Below are positions 57,279 to 64,000 of a stretch of DNA of 64,000 nt, piece after piece; position 1 is the first letter of the stretch; each line of letters opens with the position of its first letter. The position numbers were made by a program, and so were the translations under genes. The notes beneath the pieces were generated by a model. That model had not been told where the DNA came from. It searched no databases and saw only the letters and a program-made list of their open reading frames with translations. Source of the stretch: Macrostomum lignano (taxonomy: Eukaryota); NCBI GenBank assembly GCA_002269645.1, contig NIVC01003693.1, positions 18,524 to 82,523 on the forward strand, read 5' to 3'.

Positions 57279-58265
57279 CAAGTTACCGATTCCTAATGTC
57301 TATGGCCCCTACCCCAGCAGAAACACATCGACTGCTGCTGCAAGTTACCGATTCCTAATGTCTATGGCCCCTACCCCAGCAGAAACACATCGACTGCTGT
57401 TGCAAGTTACCGATTCCTAATGTCTATGGCCCCTACCCCAGCAGAAACACATCGACTGCTGTTGCAAGTTACCGATTCCTAATGTCTATGGCCCGTACCC
57501 CAGAAGAAACACATCGACTGCTGTTGCAAGTTACCGATTCCTAATGTCTATGGCCCCTACCCCAGAAGAAACACATCGACTGCTGTTGCAAGCTACCGAT
57601 TCCTAATGTCTATGGCCCCTACCCCAGAAGAAACACATCGACTGCTGTTGCAAGTTACCGATTCCTAATGTCTATGGCCCCTACCCCAGCAGAAACACAT
57701 CGACTGCTGTTGCAAGTTACCGATTCCTAATGTCTATGGCCCCTACCCCAGCAGAAACACATCGACTGCTGTTGCAAGCTACCGATTCCTAATGTCTATG
57801 GCCCCTACCCCAGAAGAAACACATCGACTGCTGTTGCAAGTTACCGATTCCTAATGTCTATGGCCCCTACCCCAGCAGAAACACATCGACTGCTGTTGCA
57901 AGTTACCGATTCCTAATGTCTATGGCCCCTACCCCAGCAGAAACACATCGACTGCTGTTGCAAGTTACCGATTCCTAATGTCTATGGCCCCTACCCCAGC
58001 AGAAACACATCGACTGCTGTTGCAAGCTACCGATTCCTAATGTCTATGGCCCCTACCCCAGAAGAAACACATCGACTGCTGTTGCAAGTTACCGATTCCT
58101 AATGTCTATGGCCCCTACCCCAGAAGAAACACATCGACTGCTGTTGCAAGTTACCGATTCCTAATGTCTATGGCCCCTACCCCAGAAGAAACACATCGAC
58201 TGCTGTTGCAAGTTACCGATTCCTAATGTCTATGGCCCGTACCCCAGAATAAACACATCGACTGC
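57279..58265. repeat. 62-bp tandem repeat, about 16 highly homogeneous copies
   Basis: Unit GCAAGTTACCGATTCCTAATGTCTATGGCCCCTACCCCAGCAGAAACACATCGACTGCTGTT. Confidence 0.97.
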
Positions 58266-59039
58266 TGGTGCCACCCTGAAATAAATGACCAAGTTTGGAG
58301 TGCACTATATCATCGCAGTGCCGTATATTACAATGTCCTTGCGCCATGGTCAGGCTACGGTCTGTAATGTGGGTTTTAGGGAGCTACTAAAACGCTAAGC
58401 TATTTGGTGACTGCCGGACATTGAGGAGCAGCAAATTGCATCACAAATAATGACTGCAAGGCCTCTCAACTCTGCGACGCGGATAGATCTACTGCTCAGA
58501 CCCCATGATATCGAATTCTCATCAGCATCGAGCATTTCCCAGCCGCATCGGCCGGCCCTCTTGCTTAGCAATGAAGTTTATTCCCCGACAAGGCGAACAA
58601 GACACGCGGCCAGGCATGCCGGGCCCTTTACTAACTTTGATTGCTGAGCTTAACTAGGGATGATGATAGCTCAGAGAAATGTACTTTTGCTGTCCACCAG
58701 TAAATAGCGAATTATTGCAGCTTTGAAAGTTGATTTGGATAAATTGCAAGTAATGAAACAATGAAATGTATTTGAGTGTTATTAAAAAATAGCAAATATT
58801 TAATGCGAAATGCTGTAAAAAAATTAATTACGCTCGTAATTGCAACGAAGAAGTTTAAAAAATTTGGCTACTGAAATTTAAACACAATTTTACGCTCGTA
58901 GCTTGATGCTAAACTTCAATCAGACTTATTACAGGTCATTTTAATTCACAAGCCTAATCAAAGTCAACAAATTGCAATCAGAGACAGTCTATGGTCGCTC
59001 AAGGTCACTCTATTTCCATAAGAACCTTCATTCTGCTCT

Positions 59040-59555
59040 GAAGGTCATTCAGGGTCATTCAAGGTCATTTGGGGTTGTTCAAGGTCGTTGAAGTTCATTC
59101 AGGTTCATTCGAGTTACAGAGTTAGTCAAGGTCATTTAGGCTTAGTCAAGGACATTCAGGTTACTCAAAGTCGTTCAGGCTTACTCAAGGTCATTCAGGT
59201 TACTCAAGGTCATTCAGGCTTAGTCAAGGTCATTCAGGTTACTCGAGGTCATTCAGGCTTAGTCAAGGTCATTCAGGCTTAGTCAAGGTCATTCAGGCTT
59301 AGTCAAGGTCATTCAGGCTTAGTCAAGTTCATTCAGGCTTTGTCAAGGTCATTCAGGCTTATTCAAGGTCATTCAGGTTACTCAAGGTCATTCAGGCTTA
59401 GTCAAGGTCATTCAGGCTTAGTCAAGGTCATTCAGGTTACTCAAGGTCATTCAGGTTACTCAAGGTCACTCAGACTTATTCAAGGTCCTTCTGGATACTC
59501 AAGGCCATTGAAGGTCATTTCAGATTGTTCAGGTTAATAAAAGGTCATTCAAGGT
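59040..59555. repeat. 19-20 bp minisatellite (CAAGGTCATTCAGGCTTAGT)n
   Basis: Direct reading; abuts the DHFR stop codon. Confidence 0.93.
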
Positions 59556-60172
59556 CACCGCGTCGGTCCCACACGGTGAACTGGAACTCGAGCCCGGCCT
59601 CGATCTGCCTATCGAAGCTGAACTCCGCCCGGAGATGCTCCGGCAGCCGATCCGGCGGCAGCTGGACGAACTCGGACCAGTCCAGGCTGTCCGGGAATCG
59701 GCAGTCGCCGATGCAGTTGTCGTCAAACACGCGGGTGAAGTAGATCCGGCCGAGGCGCGGATGCCGGGCCGCCTCGGCGTACACGGCGGCCCCGCCGATC
59801 ACGTGGATTTCGGCGACTGAGGCAGCCAGCGGGCCGTCCGGATCGGCGAGAGCCAGGGCGGCGTCCAGGCTGGCTGCGGCTCGGACACCGTCCGGCAGGC
59901 GGGGCTGAAGCTCATCCGGAGAGCGGGTGAGCACCACGGACAGGCGGTTGGGCAGCGGCTTGCGCGGCAGGGAGTCCAGGTGCGACGGCCCATGATGATC
60001 AGATTGCGCCGCGAGTCCGCAGCCGACGGCTTGGCGGGCCACTGGTTACCAGGCGGAAGAATTTCAAGTCGGTCTTCAGCCCGTAGCCCCAGGGCAGGCC
60101 GCCGTCCCGCCCGATCACGCCGTTGGTGGCCGCGGCCACAACCAGGCTGAAAGTCTTCTGTTGAGTCGATGG
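59545..60172 (-). CDS. DHFR: Dihydrofolate reductase (two apparent single-base losses; start codon not located)
   Basis: FSLVVAAATNGVIGRDGGLPW..DLKFFRLVT, NLIIMGRRTW/DSLP..PLPNRLSVVLTR, IHVIGGAAVY, RIYFTRV, DCRFP, EAGLEFQFTVW. Shifts near 60037 (G/C run) and 59976; candidate acceptor CCGCAG at 60172. Confidence 0.92.
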
Positions 60173-60311
60173 CTGCGGGTTGAGTGCAGGTGGGCGGTTC
60201 GATTTCGTACGTAGCCAACATGTGCGGGAGCCTCTGTGCTGGGGAGTGGCCACACCATTGTGCGGGAGCCTCTGTACTGGGGAGTGGCCTAGCATGTGTC
60301 AACTGATGGTG

Positions 60312-60910
60312 CGGGAGGCTGTGCTGGGGAGTGGACTGCAGGCGTACATGCACACTGGTGGTGGGGGAGGCTGTGCTGGGGAGTGGACTGCAGGCGTACA
60401 TGCACACTGGTGGTGGGGGAGGCTGTGCTGGGGAGTGGACTGCAGGCGTACATGCACACTGGTGGTGGGGGAGGCTGTGCTGGGGAGTGGACTGCAGGCG
60501 TACATGCACACTGGTGGTGGGGGAGGCTGTGCTGGGGAGTGGACTGCAGGCGTACATGCACACTGGTGGTGGGGGAGGCTGTGCTGGGGAGTGGACTGCA
60601 GGCGTACATGCACACTGGTGGTGGGGGAGGCTGTGCTGGGGAGTGGACTGCAGGCGTACATGCACACTGGTGGTGGGGAGGCTGTGCTGGGGGAGTGGAC
60701 TGCAGGCGTACATGCACACTGGTGGTGGGGGAGGCTGTGCTGGGGAGTGGACTGCAGGCGTACATGCACACTGGTGGTGGGGGAGGCTGTGCTGGGGAGT
60801 GGACTGCAGGCGTAAATGCACACTGGTGGTGGGGGAGGCTGTGCTGGGGAGTGGACTGCAGGCGCACATGCACACTGATGGTGGGGGAGGCTGTGCTGGG
60901 AAGTGGACTG
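60312..60910. repeat. 52-bp tandem repeat, about 11.5 copies
   Basis: Unit GGAGGCTGTGCTGGGGAGTGGACTGCAGGCGTACATGCACACTGGTGGTGGG. Confidence 0.97.
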
Positions 60911-62589
60911 TGTTCTGTGCAGGCTTGTGGCATTAAGAAGCATGTAATTCCATGCGCTGGAGTCAGTAGGGCTGATTGGAGCAGTATGACTAATATTTTA
61001 ATGAATAATTCATGTGAATTAAAGCCGGAACCAAATAAAATAGGAAATATGTGACGAATACTGCAAGAAATGCAATACTCCAGAGCTGAGAGCAAACTTG
61101 GACAAGGCTGACCATGCAGTAATAAATAAAACCCAATTTCGCTACGTATTTAACGAGCCGAGCTAAGAGCTTTTGGAAATAAAATCCGGCGGCCGAAAAA
61201 AGACGCCAGCCCGCAAAGTGTCGAATTTATCGGCAGTTCGGCAGATTAGGCATTGGAATTAATGACTGGCTGGCACGCGCCACAGACTCCTCACTCCCCG
61301 CGGGCCCCATCGGGATGAGCTGTCCAAAATTCCCTGATGCCGCACTCCCCGCCGGAGCAGTGAGTGCGCGAAATGTGTGGCTGCGGACCGCGGAGTTGAC
61401 TGAGAGCCGGCAAATTTCTATGCAAAGCTCCGCAATGCCCACTTCCTGCCGCAGCCGCCGCTGCCCCCGGAGGTCTCAACGCCCCATCAAGCGGTCCCCA
61501 GATGCCCCCATTCGTGCAGATGGGGTGAGCCGCATGGGCACCAGAGGTAATTACAATCCGATGCGCTGGGGAATACGCCCTGTTTTCATTCTGAAAAGTT
61601 TGTCCTGCATGCCGATGCCCAGGGCAGCCTATTCGGCTCATCCTCAGCGGGGGAGACAGCGGGGCCGGCGGAGTGCAGCAGCCGCCAGCAACCCAGCTGG
61701 CAGATAGTTGTGCATTCCAGAGAACAGCAACATTACAACTGCGAATGTGCTCAAAACGCGGTTCAGAACCCCAGCCGTATCCTCGGGAGATTAGCCAGCC
61801 ATCACTAAGCGTACAAGTTTACAAATCCTATACAACAGCGTCTTTGAAATTACCAAAAAAACTAAAAAACTTGATAAGAGTTTGGTGCCGAAAAATCAGA
61901 GATTTAATTGCCGCAACCGCCTAAACCCCACCCAAGCTAATATAAGTGCATGTATCATTTCCAAGATTCTATAGAATTAGAGGTCCATGAGCCAGTATCT
62001 GTACAGTGCCAGCAGTGGCCCAGCTCAACTGCACTCAAATTACGCATTCCAGACACGCCTTGGCAGTAAGAGAATCCTTTAAAAAAAGATCTCTTCGAAG
62101 AGAAATTAGTTTGGAGCCTGTGATACGGGGAGACAAGCCATATATAGAACAGGAGATAGAAGGAAACTGTAGTCTGCGCTGCTTCTGGATCAATCACGCC
62201 CGGGTCACGGCATGCTGAGTTGGAAAGCTCTCGGCTGGCACTGCATGCAGCTGCTTAGACATGCACGGCTGGGCTAAGAAGACAAGGGAGCCTACAAGAC
62301 TAAAATGATATACAAATAAATAATAAAGCGCCAACAATGCTGCATCGGGTATCGATTAGACCAATCTAAGCCGCATGAACGGCTTGAATTCTGACAGGTT
62401 TATTGATACGCAAATTTTAGGCACTAAACAGTCACCAAATTTTGGGATAAGCTTTTCAAATATTTTTGTTTATATTTGCCCAGCAAATTAAATTGAGACA
62501 ATACAGAAACTGTGCAGAAATGCGCACAGCGCGGCTATGGATAATGAGACGTTTATTAGTGATGAAGCTTGGCTGAGGAGTTTGGGATG

Positions 62590-63370
62590 GGGATTTTGGG
62601 ATATAGATGGGAATTTTTGGTTACAGGATAGGGATTTTGGGTTACAGGATGAGGATTTTGGGTTACCGAATAGGGAATTTTGGGCTACAGAATGGGGATT
62701 TTGGGTTACAGAATGGGGATTTTGGGTTACAGGATGGGATTTTGGGCTACAGAATGGGGATTTTGGGTTACAGGATGGGATTTTGGGTTACAGGATGGGA
62801 TTTTGGGCTACAGAATAGGGATTTTGGGTTACAGGATGGGATTTTGGGCTACAGAATGGGGATTTTGGGTTACAGGATGGGTTTTGGGCTACAGAATGGG
62901 GATTTTGGGTTACAGGATGGGATTTTGGGCTACAGAATGGGGATTTTGACCTACAGAATTGGGATTTGAGTCTACAGGATGGGGATTTCGAGCTACAGGA
63001 TGGGATTTCGAGCTACAGGATGGGGATTTCGAGCTACAGGATAGGGATTTGGAGCTACAGGATGGGGATTTCGAGCAACAGGATTGGGATTTGGAGCTAC
63101 AGGATTGGGATTTGAGTCTACAGGATGGGGATTTCGAGCAACAGGATTGGGATTTGAGCTACAGGATGGGGATTTCGAGCAACAGGATAGGGATTTGGAG
63201 CTACAGGATGGGGATTTCGAGCAACAGGATTGGGATTTGAGTCTACAGGATGGGGATTTCGAGCTACAGGATGGGATTTCGAGCTACAGGATGGGGATTT
63301 TGACCTACAGGATTGGGATTTGAGGCTACAGGATGGGGAATGATGAGCTACAGGATAGGGATTTTGGGTT
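62590..63370. repeat. 21-bp minisatellite with two subarrays (GGGATTTTGGGTTACAGGATG, then GGGATTTCGAGCTACAGGATG)
   Basis: Direct reading; the variant switches near 62960. Confidence 0.95.
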
Positions 63371-63591
63371 GCAAACTAACAGGATAGATATACTTGGGCT
63401 TTAAAATTTAGATTTTAAGCAATAAAATTGGGGTTGTAAGTTGGGATTTAGATTTTGACTCGGGATTTGAGTTTTAAGCAACGGAATGGAATTTAATTCA
63501 GATATTAAATATTTAACACTAATAATTACATATATTAAAAAAGCAAGAAAGCATAAATCTGAGTTCAGACAGGTAAAAATTAATTACAAAA

Positions 63592-64000
63592 TCATAATGC
63601 AGCCATATCTAACAAAGGATTCTGTCCTGCCTCCAGTTCAGCCGTACGGCACAAAGCCGCAGTAAAATCCGTGCACCCGCCGGAAGCCCGGCGCCAGCTG
63701 GCCGGTGCTCTGGGCCAGCAGCAGCAGCGCCCGCATCGCCAGCTGCTCCGGCAGGCAGACGCTGCCGACAGACACGTCGCGCGACCACTGGCCGTGCGCG
63801 CCGGCGAAAGCGGAGTCGGAGCTCGCAGGTACAGCAGGCGGCAGGCTTTGCGGCCGCGGCAGACCGCCTTGCCGATGGCGTCCCGCTGGCCTTCGGCGTC
63901 GTCATCACCGTCGGACGGAGTTGGCCAACGTCGGAGCTGTACACCCGGCAGCGGCCGTCCAGCCGCCACAGCAGGGCGACCTCGCGAGACCCGGTGTCGC
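63592..64000 (-). CDS. Probable terminal exon of a gene beyond the window; frameshifted, unidentified
   Basis: GC-rich coding-like segments in alternating frames (REVALLWRLDGRCRVY; CLPEQLAMRALLLLAQ..HGFYCGFVPYG*), followed by AT-rich sequence. Confidence 0.35.
   Translation of the reverse strand, partial: RHRVSRGRPAVAAGRPLPGVQLRRWPTPSDGDDDAEGQRDAIGKAVCRGRKACRLLYLRAPTPLSPARTASGRATCLSAASACRSSWRCGRCCCWPRAPASWRRASGGCTDFTAALCRTAELEAGQNPLLDMAAL

Noticed and set aside
57279-58265. CRISPR-like appearance of regular repeats (also 19530-20110 and 60312-60910)
   Set aside because: Pure tandem units with no unique spacers, no cas genes and a eukaryotic context.
61227-61707. GC-rich ORFs upstream of DHFR as its first exon
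   Set aside because: No recognisable domain or clear splice donor; could be a promoter or an unrelated exon, so left unassigned.

Overview
Eukaryotic (animal) genomic DNA: GC-rich coding islands separated by AT-rich spacers, minisatellite-filled introns and many transposable elements. The overall style resembles a free-living flatworm long-read assembly such as Macrostomum (inference only). Host genes: two C-type-lectin + PAN/apple paralogs, a secreted PAN-like/ConA-like protein, two pacifastin-like inhibitor genes, a BTB + Cys-rich protein, a 3-exon SETD2/Set2 H3K36 methyltransferase, an intronless AMPA-like glutamate receptor and DHFR. Mobile DNA: an Ingi-like LINE family (two copies), a P-element/THAP9-like transposase remnant, a young full-length Ty3/Gypsy element with apparently identical LTRs inserted in a lectin gene, an internally deleted PIF/Harbinger element, LOA/R1-like LINEs with RNase H, and tRNA-derived SINEs. 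The most notable item is the Ingi-like LINE: a PHD finger is inserted inside its AP endonuclease, its 5' end has an HDV-like ribozyme core, and both copies sit in (CAG/CAA)n microsatellites, one with a perfect 13-bp TSD. Most frameshifts are single-base losses in homopolymers and are probably sequencing errors. All calls were made by eye; no database searches were run.
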